DNA of 64,000 bases, from assembly GCA_016717285.1 (NCBI GenBank), contig JADKFU010000005.1:1031319-1095318 (forward strand), in the 5' to 3' direction. Made by a program: the position numbers and the translations under genes. This DNA comes from Chitinophagaceae bacterium (GTDB taxonomy: Bacteria; Bacteroidota; Bacteroidia; Chitinophagales; UBA10324). The first letter of the stretch is position 1; every line of letters starts with the position of its first letter. Below, piece after piece: positions 45,882 through 56,422 of the stretch. The notes under the pieces were generated by a model. The model saw only the letters and a list, made by a program, of their open reading frames with translations. It was not told where the DNA came from and ran no database searches.

Positions 45882-47201
45882 ATGAAACGAATTGTACTTC
45901 TTCCATTGCTTTGTGTTTTTGCCTGCTGCTGTGAAGCACAAACGAACGGCTTTCTTTATGGCTTCAGCATTTTTTCTCAAAGTAATCCGCCCAACACTTA
46001 CAAAGGTCTGGCAGAATACAATACTGCCACCAACGAACTGGCAACCTGGAGCCAATTCAGCGAACAATATTATGCCTTTGGTGATCATGCTATTGATCCG
46101 GTGCACAAAAGATATGTACAAGTAATTGGAGATTCTCTGAATATGTATTTAAAGGATATTGATTTCACTACCGGAGAAGTATTAGGTGAATTGTTTACAG
46201 TGGATTCAGTGGGAAATGGCCAAACCGGTTCTGTAACAATTGGCGGAAACATCAACGGTACTTTTTACAATTGTGCTGATGCACAAATTTATTTTATGCA
46301 TTACAAGGCCCCCTGGGAAGATTCAACACATCTTGCAAAAGTGGATCCTGTTTCCTATGAAGTAACGGAGCTTGCAAAATTTCCAATCAGTTGGTGGAGC
46401 TTCGATAATGTGGTAACAGTAAATCACCAGCAGATTTACCTTGGTTATTACAATTACTATGCATCGTCGAGCGAGATTATTACCTACGACATCAGCAGCA
46501 ACACTGTTTCGTCAGCCACGCTGTCGCAGCCGGATTTTAACATCTCACAACTATCACTCACGTACAATTCAAATGATGGAAATCTTTATGGAGTTGATTA
46601 CGACCTTGATTCTTTTGCAAACAACAATTTTCTTGGCGACCTGCGCATTGTAAAGGTAGATCCGGAAACCGGAGCGTTCACTTACCTCACCACCGACTTT
46701 TTTGCGAATCTGATCGGTGCGAATATGGTGTTCAATCCACCCACCAACAAGCTTTATTTTATTGTTCAGCAAAGTAATCCCGGATATCCTGAAATGGCGA
46801 TTTATGATCTTGGAACAAATACCGTTGCTATTCTTCCAATGGATAATCTTAATACTACCATCTTCAGCTCAGTAACGCTTGGTTCCGATTTGTATGCACT
46901 CAGTAAAGATTGCAATGTACCAACTGCTGTGGAAGAGACAGTCGTGGAAGATTGTGCCATCGCTTTACATCCGACGCTCACTTCAGGAATGCTGAGTGTG
47001 ACTATGGATTGTGATATACATCAGTATACAGCATTGCGATTGGAAATTATTGATTTCCTGGGACGAACTTTGATCAGCCTGCCTGTTGACGGAAGTTCTT
47101 TGAATGCTTCCTCTTTTTTAAATGTAGCTGCACCTTATATCTATCGTTTTCGCGACGGAAATGAAACTGTTAAAACGGGAAAGGTGATATTTATTGAGTA
47201 G
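45882..47201 (+). CDS. secreted hypothetical protein, possible degenerate T9SS sorting domain
   Basis: Signal peptide MKRIVLLPLLCVFACCCEAQ. The C-terminal ~80 aa are beta-rich (...LEIIDFLGRTLISL...YIYRFRDG...). Confidence 0.6.
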   Translation: MKRIVLLPLLCVFACCCEAQTNGFLYGFSIFSQSNPPNTYKGLAEYNTATNELATWSQFSEQYYAFGDHAIDPVHKRYVQVIGDSLNMYLKDIDFTTGEVLGELFTVDSVGNGQTGSVTIGGNINGTFYNCADAQIYFMHYKAPWEDSTHLAKVDPVSYEVTELAKFPISWWSFDNVVTVNHQQIYLGYYNYYASSSEIITYDISSNTVSSATLSQPDFNISQLSLTYNSNDGNLYGVDYDLDSFANNNFLGDLRIVKVDPETGAFTYLTTDFFANLIGANMVFNPPTNKLYFIVQQSNPGYPEMAIYDLGTNTVAILPMDNLNTTIFSSVTLGSDLYALSKDCNVPTAVEETVVEDCAIALHPTLTSGMLSVTMDCDIHQYTALRLEIIDFLGRTLISLPVDGSSLNASSFLNVAAPYIYRFRDGNETVKTGKVIFIE

Positions 47202-47224
47202 GTAATTTTTTTTCAATAAGATAG

Positions 47225-47373
47225 GACCGTTCCAAAGTTTTTGACTTTTGAAAAGGTCTTGCTTCAAATTTATATCTGAATAAATAATTGAGATTTTACG
47301 AGCCCTAAAATTAGAAGTAGCGCTGATTTTGTTTTACTAACTTTTCCAAAGTGAAATAAACTTTGAAAAGGTC
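47225..47373. repeat. two copies of a ~34-bp imperfect hairpin sharing TTGAAAAGGTCTTGC (47225-47258 and 47340-47373) between convergent genes
   Basis: Read directly. Confidence 0.6.
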
Positions 47374-47378
47374 TTGCC

Positions 47379-48842
47379 TTATTGTTCCAGAATAGTCTTC
47401 TCCAAATCACTGATCACATTCATATAAAAAATGCCGGCATCATAAGGTGAAGGAAAAGGAGAAAAATATTTATGTACATCGCCGTCAGCCCAGAATTTGG
47501 TGCTCATATAATAAAAGTGATCGGAAGTTTGCAGCTTGCTCCACACTTTTAAAAGGTCTTCATTATCCGTTGCTTTTACGGCGTGTTCCAGTGCATAAAT
47601 TTTTTCAAGTGCTTCCCGCTGTAATTCATTTTCATTCCAGGCAGAAAGATCGCGTTCTTCATCAGCCCAACTGGTGAATTCAGGTGCATCATATACATCA
47701 CGCGGAGGATGATTGGAAATTACTTCTGAAGGAGAGCGGAAATAAAAATCAGGATGATCGAGAATCATTTCCGGAAGATTATCGAGGAAATCGAAGATGC
47801 CTGTTTCTTTCCATTGATGTTCACCAAAGGTTTCATAATCCATAAACAGGTTGATGGTTTCCGCCTGTCCGGCATGGTCATGCAGCCACTTCGAAAATTT
47901 ATCGGCAGTAAGCGGCCAGTCTTCCCAATTGTGATTGCTGAAACGGAAAGCGATGTCGTCACTCAAACGGTAATTTTTCAACAACAATGAAAAATTTTCA
48001 ACACCGGGTGCAGTATAAACCTGGTTAGGTGAGCGTGTTACAAGATAACGATCGGTGCCTTCGCACAACATGCCTTTGTAACCAAGTGAAGCAACATGCG
48101 CAGCGAGATCGTTGTTAAAAATGAGTTCCGTATTCCTGAAGATGGCAGGTTCGAGATTGAAAAGCTTTTTTATTTTTTCACGGTGCATTTTCACCTGCCG
48201 GTCAAATTCATCTTTTGAATACAGGAAACTGAGTGAATGATAATAGGTTTCGTCGAGCATTTCTACATAACCTGTTGCAGCCAATGCCTGGAAAGAAAGA
48301 ATCACATCGGGTCTGTACAATTCAAATTGCTCCAGGGCCACTCCGGAAATAGAGTAGGCCACTTTGAATCTTCCCTTGTGCCGCAAAAGCAATTCGAGAA
48401 TTTTTGCGTTTGTCGGGAGGTAACATTTGTCTGCCACTTTATTCAGAATCTCTACGTTCATATCGTAGTTTTCATAGTAATGATCATGACCGATCTGATC
48501 ATAATTATAATTGCGAAGTCTGAATGGCTGGTGTACCTGGAAATAAAAACAAACGGAGGTTCCGGGCAGCTCATTCGCTTTTCTTGCAGGCGATAGGGTT
48601 ATTAATTCAGCGGGAAGAATTGCTGAAGTAAGGTTTGCTGTTTTTTCTTCAACACTTTTAATTACACCGGATTCCCCGGTATTGTTGCCGGTTGCCATGG
48701 AGTCAATAAATATATTTGCCAGGTTTTCATTCAATGCATACACCGGCACCGTGAAACCTGTAACGGGATCAAATACTTTTTCAACATCGCTTGCCTTTTC
48801 TTTGATTTTAAGTTTTTTCTTTTTCTTGCCTCGTTTCGACAT
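47379..48842 (-). CDS. glycoside hydrolase family 57 (alpha-amylase/branching-enzyme-like)
   Basis: ...FYFQVHQPFRL..., ...FRNTELIF..., ...DYETFGEHQW... GH57 hallmarks. Confidence 0.85.
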   Translation of the reverse strand: MSKRGKKKKKLKIKEKASDVEKVFDPVTGFTVPVYALNENLANIFIDSMATGNNTGESGVIKSVEEKTANLTSAILPAELITLSPARKANELPGTSVCFYFQVHQPFRLRNYNYDQIGHDHYYENYDMNVEILNKVADKCYLPTNAKILELLLRHKGRFKVAYSISGVALEQFELYRPDVILSFQALAATGYVEMLDETYYHSLSFLYSKDEFDRQVKMHREKIKKLFNLEPAIFRNTELIFNNDLAAHVASLGYKGMLCEGTDRYLVTRSPNQVYTAPGVENFSLLLKNYRLSDDIAFRFSNHNWEDWPLTADKFSKWLHDHAGQAETINLFMDYETFGEHQWKETGIFDFLDNLPEMILDHPDFYFRSPSEVISNHPPRDVYDAPEFTSWADEERDLSAWNENELQREALEKIYALEHAVKATDNEDLLKVWSKLQTSDHFYYMSTKFWADGDVHKYFSPFPSPYDAGIFYMNVISDLEKTILEQ

Positions 48843-48868
48843 AGTATCTGTAAATTAATAAGAACGCT

Positions 48869-50158
48869 TTATTCTACAACTTCCTTAGCTGACTCCACTA
48901 AATGTTTGTATGATTTCAACACTTCGCGTGCAGAATTATCCCAACTGATATTCTTAACATCGTTCGCTGTGAGCTTTATCATGGTTTCGCGCAATCCTTT
49001 GTAATTACAAGCGGAATAGAGATAATTCGCGAACTTATCAGTATCCCAACAATCAGCTTTTAAAACATTATGGAGCACTTCACTCACGCCTGATTGTTTT
49101 GAAATCACACAGGGAACATTAAACTGCGCGGCTTCCAACGCAGATAATCCAAATGGTTCAGAAACGGATGGCATAAAATAAGCGTCAGCGGAAGCAAGCA
49201 GCTCTGAAATTTTATCGCGTTTGATAAAGCCTGTAAATTCTACCTGCCGGTTAAGTCCGGCTTCGTTCACTTTTTCTTTCAACCAATCTGACTGGTCACC
49301 ATTTCCCGCAACGATAAATTTTGCCTCCTGCATTTTGCTGCAGAGTTTTATCATGGTTTCCAATAAGAACTCGGGTCCTTTCTGACGTGTGATGCGTCCG
49401 AGAAAAAGTATCCTTTTTTCATGGTCGGTTCTTGCTACTTTATAAGTGCTGTTATCTTCAATAGCATTGTAAACAGGAAAAATCTTCTCTGCGGAAATTC
49501 CATAATGATTGATGATGGTTGATTTCGTGTATGCACTTACCGGCAAAACACGGTCTGCATTTAACATGCCCTGATGTTCGATGTGATAAACAGGATTGCG
49601 CGCATCTGTATGCGCCCGATCTGTTTCAAGTGAATGAACATGCACCAACAAAGGCTTACCGGTTTTCTTCTTCAATTGAACAGCAGCAGGGAAAGTGATC
49701 CAGTCATGCGCATGGATCACATCAAAATCAATTTTCTTACTCAACTGATTGACCATTTCCGCATACGCGCGGACCTTGCGCATGATGTCGGGTCCATAGG
49801 ATTCCTGCTGATTGAATAATGCCTTCACTTCTTCACCCACCACATCATTGCCTGCATACGGTATGCGTAAGTCCGCATGATCCGGATTCAGCTCATCAAT
49901 AAATTCAGCGGCGAGAAATTTCCGGAAGTCATCCACCACCATTTCACCCGTGGCCACATCATAATCAAAATGATTGAGACCGATGAGGTTTACCCTTTTC
50001 ATTTTGAAGTGGAGATCACTTTTTGGAAGGATGATTTTAATTTCTACAAAATTGGCGAGTGCTTTCGCTAATCCGTAGCATGCAGGGCCAAGTCCACCGG
50101 TTAGAATTGGTGGAAATTCCCATCCCAACATCAACACCCTTATTCTGTTATAATCCAT
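48869..50158 (-). CDS. glycogen-synthase-like glycosyltransferase (GT4/GT5 type)
   Basis: ...VLMLGWEFPPILTGGLGPACYGLAKALA..., ...PSVSEPFGLSALEAAQ.... Paired with the GH57 gene. Confidence 0.85.
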   Translation of the reverse strand: MDYNRIRVLMLGWEFPPILTGGLGPACYGLAKALANFVEIKIILPKSDLHFKMKRVNLIGLNHFDYDVATGEMVVDDFRKFLAAEFIDELNPDHADLRIPYAGNDVVGEEVKALFNQQESYGPDIMRKVRAYAEMVNQLSKKIDFDVIHAHDWITFPAAVQLKKKTGKPLLVHVHSLETDRAHTDARNPVYHIEHQGMLNADRVLPVSAYTKSTIINHYGISAEKIFPVYNAIEDNSTYKVARTDHEKRILFLGRITRQKGPEFLLETMIKLCSKMQEAKFIVAGNGDQSDWLKEKVNEAGLNRQVEFTGFIKRDKISELLASADAYFMPSVSEPFGLSALEAAQFNVPCVISKQSGVSEVLHNVLKADCWDTDKFANYLYSACNYKGLRETMIKLTANDVKNISWDNSAREVLKSYKHLVESAKEVVE

Positions 50159-50224
50159 TCTTTATGTACGATGATTCCTTTATTTCATAAAACCGGTCAT
50201 TCCATTTAGGCCGGACGCAGCACA

Positions 50225-50503
50225 TTATTTACTGCTGCCTGCGCTATTTGCATGCAACGTTTTCTGGAGCTCATCAAGTTTTTTCTGAACCGTTTTCAAT
50301 TGTGAATTTTTGATCCAGACTTTCCGGGTTTCCAGCAACCAGCCTCCGGCAAATCCAACCACAAAAATTACGATGGTAACCAGTGACATCGAGCCTTCAA
50401 ATTTCCAGAACAGAAAGTGAAGTGACACCGTGGCAATATTTTGTATGGCGAAAATCAGCGCGATCACCAGTAAGATGATCGTAACAATGTAAATCCTGTT
50501 CAT
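50225..50503 (-). CDS. LapA-domain (DUF1049) small membrane protein
   Basis: Two TM helices with the QN..TV.L.F pattern (FAIQNIATVSLHFLFW) and a C-terminal coiled segment. Confidence 0.7.
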   Translation of the reverse strand: MNRIYIVTIILLVIALIFAIQNIATVSLHFLFWKFEGSMSLVTIVIFVVGFAGGWLLETRKVWIKNSQLKTVQKKLDELQKTLHANSAGSSK

Positions 50504-50539
50504 GAGAATTTATTTTTGGAAGGGGCGAAAGTTAGGAAG

Positions 50540-50897
50540 AAAATCGGCTTCTGAAATTCAGTCACTGAGTGCAGCCAAAAAAATTCGGTCACTGAGCGCA
50601 GCCGAAGTGCCCGAATTTTGGAAGTTGATTGATCGCGTATTTTTTTGCGCCCTTCGGCTACGCTCAGGAAGCAAAAAATTCGGTCACTGAGCGCAGCCGA
50701 AGTGCCCGAATTTTGGAAGTCGATTGATCGTGTATTTTTTTGCGCCCTTCGGCTACGCTGAGGGAGCAAAAAAGTCCCGGCTGCTGTATGAAGTCAAAAA
50801 AAATCGGTCACTGAGCGCAGCCGAAGTGCCCGAATTTTGAAGTAGACTGATCGCGTATTTTTTTGCGCCCTTCGGCTACGCTCAGGGAGCAAAAAAA
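50540..50897. repeat. hairpin-unit tandem array A (3 full units, 1 degenerate half, one 28-bp interruption)
   Basis: Full units at about 50577-50671, 50672-50767 and 50796-50889. See findings. Confidence 0.9.
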
Positions 50898-50904
50898 TCC
50901 TGAT

Positions 50905-53190
50905 TTATTCCTTCACCCATTTAATTATAGAAATATTTCCTGCTTCATCTGTGGCACGAACGAGGTATAGTCCAGGTAGTAATTCGTGAACATCAAACTG
51001 TGTTTGATCTGCTTCATCTGATAATTGCCTGTACAACTCCTTTCCTGAAAGATCGAAAACCTGAAGATTAACCATTCCTTCAAATCCATTCAACAACACA
51101 TTGATAATGTTTGTAGCAGGATTCGGATAGACCTTTACATTATTGGAAATTCCTGTTTCACTGATGCCTTCAATGGTAACACCGGACTTCGGAGGTACAA
51201 TATTCACTGTATAATCTTCTGTTTCACCTCGTGCATAGGATCCGCATGGAGAAGGCGGTACACCAAATATCATCATTACACGCATGCGGGTTAAGCCAGG
51301 TGTAGCATTTGCTGGAACGTTGAAATTCACACCAATCCATCCAAGGAAATCAGAAGAAATATTTACTGCCTGTTCGCCTGCATCTGTAAAATCATTATCA
51401 TGGTTATAGTCAATCCAGATACTGTAATTCTCGGTGAGTCCAAATGGCAACGCTGCCGATAGATACCCGGTTACAATAGAACCCTGAATCAGGTTAGTAC
51501 TAAGATTTGTGAAATCTCCATAGCCATTATTATTTCCGGTACTGTTTTGTATACCGCCAATCCAAACCAGAGAAAGGTATTCGAGTGATGCATCCAGACC
51601 GCCCACGCTACAATAACCCGTACCTTTAGTGGTGAAGTTCTTTGTATTAGAGAAGCCCGAAGGTCCACTGCTACAGACGGCCTCTATTGCATAATTATAG
51701 GAAGTGCCTGCTGTAAGTGCTTTTATTTTGATGGAAGTAAGATCAGTTGTGATAGTAGTCCAATCTGCGGCTGAACTCGTTTTATAATGGAGATGGTAAA
51801 GATAGGCACCAGCCACAGCCGCCCATGAAACCTTGGCAGTTGTGTCTGTAATGTTATTGGCCTTTAAGTTGGTTGGAATGCTACATGTTCCTGTACCATT
51901 GTGATCAAGAAAATGGAAGGCGGTCATATTCGTTCCGCTTAACACAAACAGACTGCTGTCATTGGCAAGCGTAGATGCGATGCCCCAACCTGAATAAATA
52001 TTTACGGAGTCGATCCATTGTATTGCTCCGCTATTGCTGTATTTCAAAGTAATCATTCGCAGGTAAGATGAGCCATTGGATTGTGTAAACATCGGACCGC
52101 CTTTCCCGGTTACAAAAACTTCTCCATTGGCCGTTGCAGAAAGGGCGCCCGGCGCCTCATCATTACCGGTGGTTTGGTTGTATCGTGCATTCCATAACAT
52201 GTTGCCGCTATTATTTACCTGGAAGGTTACCCAGTCAAAATAGGAAGCATTTAGATTGCCATAACCAATCACACTTAACTTGGTGGAAACCAATGTGAAA
52301 CTCCTCGCTGTTTCTTCACCGCCAAAATCATAACTCTTCTTCCAGGTCTGAACGCCGGCAGCATTAAACTTATAAATGATCATATCCATGCCACTGTTAG
52401 CTGACACCTGATTCGGATAATTGGTGAGAATGTATGAGTTTCCATTACCATCAATTTCAACATCTTGTCCCGAGTAACCTGTAAGATATTTGCTCCATAA
52501 AAATGTACCGGCAGTATCCCACGCTACTATCGAGAGGTTAGCTACATATTCAGACGTTCCTGTCACTATCACTAAATTATTTTTTAACCGCATGGATGCA
52601 AATCCGTGAATAGTTCCAAGGTTGACAGTGGTGTTTACCAACACTGTACCGGCCGGATTAAGTTTCATCAAAACAAAACCTGCGGGACTGGTGCCTGCTG
52701 TACCTATATACAGATTTCCGTTTTTATCGAGTTCACTGCGCAAGTTGAATTTCATACCTGTTGAGCTGCCTACAATATAACTGAGATCAATATTTTTTTT
52801 CCACAGCAAAGTTCCTGTTGAAGTGTATTTCAGCACAACAACAGCATTGGGATATTCCCAGGAAGAACCCCATGTATATCTGTAGCCCACAACATAAATA
52901 TCTTTGTTCTTGTCGCAGTTAATCCAAACAGGTTTTTCATAGTTGCCTGAAATACCCGAAGTAGAGATCCGTTCCCACAAGAAGTTCCCGAACTTATCAT
53001 ACTTGCGTGTGTAAGTATTCTGAGCTTGTATATAGCCGGCTACCACTACGTTATCTGATTTGTCGTGGGCAATCATCGAACCGGTTTTAAGATAACTGTC
53101 GGCTGGTTTGATCCAGTCAGTGGAATAAGTTGCAAAAGAATAGCTAGAAGCCATCAGCAAGAAAGCGATCAAGGGGATTATCTTTTTCAT
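50905..53190 (-). CDS. T9SS cargo protein: beta-propeller-like repeats + FN3 + GEVED domain + C-terminal sorting domain
   Basis: Signal peptide at the internal MKKIIPLIAFLLMASSYSFA (start moved from 53286 to 53190). FN3 (PTNLKANNITDTTAKVSW...), GEVED (ARGETEDYTV), and CTD (VKVYPNPATNIINV...GLYLVRA). Confidence 0.85.
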   Translation of the reverse strand: MKKIIPLIAFLLMASSYSFATYSTDWIKPADSYLKTGSMIAHDKSDNVVVAGYIQAQNTYTRKYDKFGNFLWERISTSGISGNYEKPVWINCDKNKDIYVVGYRYTWGSSWEYPNAVVVLKYTSTGTLLWKKNIDLSYIVGSSTGMKFNLRSELDKNGNLYIGTAGTSPAGFVLMKLNPAGTVLVNTTVNLGTIHGFASMRLKNNLVIVTGTSEYVANLSIVAWDTAGTFLWSKYLTGYSGQDVEIDGNGNSYILTNYPNQVSANSGMDMIIYKFNAAGVQTWKKSYDFGGEETARSFTLVSTKLSVIGYGNLNASYFDWVTFQVNNSGNMLWNARYNQTTGNDEAPGALSATANGEVFVTGKGGPMFTQSNGSSYLRMITLKYSNSGAIQWIDSVNIYSGWGIASTLANDSSLFVLSGTNMTAFHFLDHNGTGTCSIPTNLKANNITDTTAKVSWAAVAGAYLYHLHYKTSSAADWTTITTDLTSIKIKALTAGTSYNYAIEAVCSSGPSGFSNTKNFTTKGTGYCSVGGLDASLEYLSLVWIGGIQNSTGNNNGYGDFTNLSTNLIQGSIVTGYLSAALPFGLTENYSIWIDYNHDNDFTDAGEQAVNISSDFLGWIGVNFNVPANATPGLTRMRVMMIFGVPPSPCGSYARGETEDYTVNIVPPKSGVTIEGISETGISNNVKVYPNPATNIINVLLNGFEGMVNLQVFDLSGKELYRQLSDEADQTQFDVHELLPGLYLVRATDEAGNISIIKWVKE

Positions 53191-53437
53191 AGTATTAATT
53201 TTTGAATTTGTTAATGTAGCAGACTTATTTATTTGAAGATTGTAAAATTCTAAACTATGCTCTAGATTAACAATGACAATTGTCATGGTTGGTGGGTTTC
53301 TACCAGCATAAGCATTTTTACATGAACAAGATATTTTCGTTATTTAGTGAAGACAATTATTATTACCTCATCAGGAAAGCATTAGTGTTGAATCAGGCAG
53401 ATCGTACACCAGACAGGAAATGCTTGTTTTTTTAAGT

Positions 53438-53900
53438 AAAAAATTCGGTCACTGAGCGCAGCCGAAGTGCCCGAATTTTGGAAGTTGATTGATCGTGTAT
53501 TTTTTTGCGCCCTTCGGCTGCGCTCAGGGAGCAAAAAAATTCGGTCACTGAGCGCAGCCGAAGTGCCCGAATTTTGGAAGTTGATTGATCGTGTATTTTT
53601 TTGCGCCCTTCGGCTGCGCTCAGGGAGCAAAAAAATTCGGTCACGGCCGGGCCCCCGGGGGGGGGGGGGTTGGGAGCCTGAGCGAGCCGAAGTGCCCGAA
53701 TTTTGGAAGTTGATTGATCGCTTTTTTTGCGCCCTTCGGCTGCGCTCAGGGAGCAAAAAATTCGGTCACTGAGCGCAGCCGAAGTGCCCGAATTTCGGAA
53801 GTTGATTGATCGTGTATTTTTTTTGCGCCCTTCGGCTGCGCTCAGGGAGCAAAAAAAATTCGGCCGCTGAGTGGTGTCGAAAAAATTCGGTCTCTACAAC
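53438..53900. repeat. hairpin-unit tandem array B (4 units, one carrying a GC-only insert, plus degenerate ends)
   Basis: Units at about 53438-53532, 53533-53628, 53629-53753 and 53754-53850. Confidence 0.9.
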
Positions 53901-54070
53901 GAAGCAGCAAACTTTTTGAAAAGCAGCGAATTCAGATTGAAATACATCTTTGAATAAAAAACTGATAGATATGAATAGGTTTACCACAGCTATTCGGGAA
54001 TTCAAAGTGTCACTATCTAAGAATAATTCTTTTTTTTAGTAATTGCTAACCTAACCCAACAAATGATGAG

Positions 54071-54793
54071 ATGAAAATTAATTGTTTAGCACTGTTCATT
54101 GTTGTGATGATCTTAACTGTGATGAAATCTTTTGCACAGGCGGAGTTCAATTTTGGCCCTGTAGCAGGCATAAATGCATCAGGAGTTTATCATAATAAGT
54201 GCTATTATGAAAGTCAGACAAAAGAGCATCATTCCTTCGGGGTTCATCCTGTTTTTGGAGTTACGGCGGGAATATTTTCTCAATTGAAATGGAAGCATCT
54301 CTCACTTGATTTACAGGTTATCTATTCTCAATCCGGCAAGAAAACAGTGTATATCAATGATCCTGAGAAAACTACGGAATTCTGGTATTACTATAAGAAT
54401 GTACGTCATTATGAGTTTGCCTATTTGCAAATGCCTGTAACGCTGAATTATCATTTCCGGATCAAAAAAATGCATCCCTTTGCAGGATTTGGAATGGTGC
54501 CTTCTTACACCATTCGTGCTGAGGCGAAACAGTCCTATTCTCATGACCCGGAAATGAATTATACCAACAATTTTATAGAAGAAAGCAAAAATGATTTGAT
54601 GGGCTATACGCCACGGGAGTTGCAATTCACTTCTGTAATCGGTGCTGAACTCAACGATCACATGCAGGCATGCTTGTCTTATACGGTGGGTGGTAATTCT
54701 TTATACTTTTATCCATATAGCTGTATGGCAGAAAGCTTTACCAACAAGACATTATCGTTTCAGTTGCGTTATCTGATCCGGAATAGAAAATAA
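54071..54793 (+). CDS. outer-membrane beta-barrel (porin-family/PorT-like) protein
   Basis: Signal peptide ...SFAQAEF, alternating beta-strand pattern, C-terminal aromatic-rich strand. Confidence 0.6.
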   Translation: MKINCLALFIVVMILTVMKSFAQAEFNFGPVAGINASGVYHNKCYYESQTKEHHSFGVHPVFGVTAGIFSQLKWKHLSLDLQVIYSQSGKKTVYINDPEKTTEFWYYYKNVRHYEFAYLQMPVTLNYHFRIKKMHPFAGFGMVPSYTIRAEAKQSYSHDPEMNYTNNFIEESKNDLMGYTPRELQFTSVIGAELNDHMQACLSYTVGGNSLYFYPYSCMAESFTNKTLSFQLRYLIRNRK

Positions 54794-54896
54794 AATAACT
54801 TACAGTAATTGGTAAGAATACTTAGCTCAAGCAAGGTAGTCGCATGAAAAACCGTCCCGATGATTTGATTATTATTGCGATCATCTAAATAGATCT

Positions 54897-55463
54897 ATGA
54901 CTGCAGCGTTAAGAAAATTCATTTCAGATTATGTTGTACTCAGCAACAGAGAAATGGATAGCATTGTCAATAAGTTTAAAGTAAAAGCTGTTAGGAAAAA
55001 TGAATTCCTCTTACGTGAAGGACAGATTTGTAAGGACCTGGTTTTTGTGGAAGAAGGTTGTCTCAGGTTGTATTATGTTGCAGATGGCGTTGAAGTATCT
55101 GTTTGGTTTTCTTTTAAGCATTCATCGGCCATTGAAATTTCCAGTTTTCTCAGCGGAAAACCAACCAACTATTTTCTGCAGGCCACTGAAGACAGTGAAA
55201 TTTTGTTCCTTCCCAAAACAGAGTTGAATAAACTGTACCATTCACAACCGAAGGTGCAGGAGATGATGCGGCTATTTTTAGAAGACGTTGTATTGAATCT
55301 CATCGACCGGTTTACTGCTCTTCAAAGAGATGCTGCCGAAAAACGTTATAAAGATTTATTGAATAAACCTGCTTACCTGCAAAAAGTCCCGCAAAAATAT
55401 CTAGCCTCGTTCATTGGTGTAACTCCTACATCACTGAGCAGGATAAGAAGAAAAATGAAGTAA
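54897..55463 (+). CDS. Crp/Fnr-family transcriptional regulator
   Basis: cNMP-binding-like domain plus a C-terminal HTH (QKYLASFIGVTPTSLSRIRRK). Confidence 0.8.
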   Translation: MTAALRKFISDYVVLSNREMDSIVNKFKVKAVRKNEFLLREGQICKDLVFVEEGCLRLYYVADGVEVSVWFSFKHSSAIEISSFLSGKPTNYFLQATEDSEILFLPKTELNKLYHSQPKVQEMMRLFLEDVVLNLIDRFTALQRDAAEKRYKDLLNKPAYLQKVPQKYLASFIGVTPTSLSRIRRKMK

Positions 55464-55546
55464 TTCATTACTTGTCTTATGGCAACTTTTTTCTCTCTCC
55501 ATCTTTTTTACTTTGCATCATTAAATAATAATCAAACAAATTAATC

Positions 55547-56419
55547 ATGCAGGTAGCTTTTGTAACCTATAGCAAATTTCCTGATTTGACGGAGGACGAT
55601 CAACTGTTGATGCACTATTTAGTGCAAAAAAATATTACTGTAAGTCCTGTGCAGTGGGATGATAAAACGATCAACTGGCAGCAGTTTGATACCATCATAC
55701 TCCGTTCGATGTGGGATTATTTTGAAAGGCCGCATGAGTTTGATCAATGGCTTGATAAGCTTGAAGCGCTTGACTGCAACGTGTTAAACCCGCTCTCGGT
55801 AGTAAGGTGGAATCAGAACAAACATTATTTTAATGATTTCAGGCGTAAGGGTGTGCTGCTGCCAGCCTATGTTATTTGTTCGCGCAATGATAAGCAGACA
55901 TTAAAGAAAATAATGGAAGAAAGCGGATGGAGCAAAGCTGTTGTGAAGCCGGTTATTTCCGGAGGTGCTTACAATACTTGGGTTACAACTATTGATACTG
56001 TTGCCTCCGACGAAATACGTTTTGCAGAATTACTGAAAACCGGTGATGTGATTGTTCAGATTTTTGTGGAAGAAATTGTTACCAAAGGAGAATTGTCATT
56101 CATCTTCTTTAATAAAAAATTCAGTCATGCCATTTGTAAAAAAGCAAAGCACGGCGATTTCAGGGTGCAGACGCAATTTGGAGGAACGGCGGAAGTGATA
56201 CAACCTGATGCAGCTATTTTAATGCAGGCATCTGAATTGTTAAGCAGTATTGCAGAACCCTTACTTTATGCAAGAGTAGATGGAGTTGTAACCGATGATG
56301 GAAAATTTCTATTGATGGAATTAGAGTTGATTGAACCTACATTATCTTTTTTCATTAACGAGAATGCTTGTGAGAATTTTTACGATGCATTAGTAGAATT
56401 ATCAGAGACGAAATTCTAA
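55547..56419 (+). CDS. ATP-grasp domain protein (RimK/glutathione-synthetase-like)
   Basis: ...AVVKPVISGGAYNTW..., ...FRVQTQFGG..., ...YARVDGV...LLMELELIEPTLSF... pattern. Confidence 0.7.
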   Translation: MQVAFVTYSKFPDLTEDDQLLMHYLVQKNITVSPVQWDDKTINWQQFDTIILRSMWDYFERPHEFDQWLDKLEALDCNVLNPLSVVRWNQNKHYFNDFRRKGVLLPAYVICSRNDKQTLKKIMEESGWSKAVVKPVISGGAYNTWVTTIDTVASDEIRFAELLKTGDVIVQIFVEEIVTKGELSFIFFNKKFSHAICKKAKHGDFRVQTQFGGTAEVIQPDAAILMQASELLSSIAEPLLYARVDGVVTDDGKFLLMELELIEPTLSFFINENACENFYDALVELSETKF

Positions 56420-56422
56420 ACT

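Noticed and set aside
53382-53772. Track ORFs across the arrays encoding repeated peptides (e.g. LPERSRRAQKNTRSINFQNSGTSAALSDRIF; also 50500..50769, 53432..53644, 53467..53772, 56534..56734)
   Set aside because: The ORFs exist on both strands and in several frames purely because the repeat lacks stop codons. They have no start context and no similarity to real protein families.
55547-56419. ATP-grasp gene as a graspetide (microviridin-type RiPP) ligase with a nearby precursor peptide
   Set aside because: The sequence pattern resembles the RimK/glutathione-synthetase-like ligases of unknown function rather than microviridin-type ligases. I found no short ORF with a Thr/Ser...Asp/Glu core next to it. 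The flanking non-coding DNA is entirely hairpin repeats.
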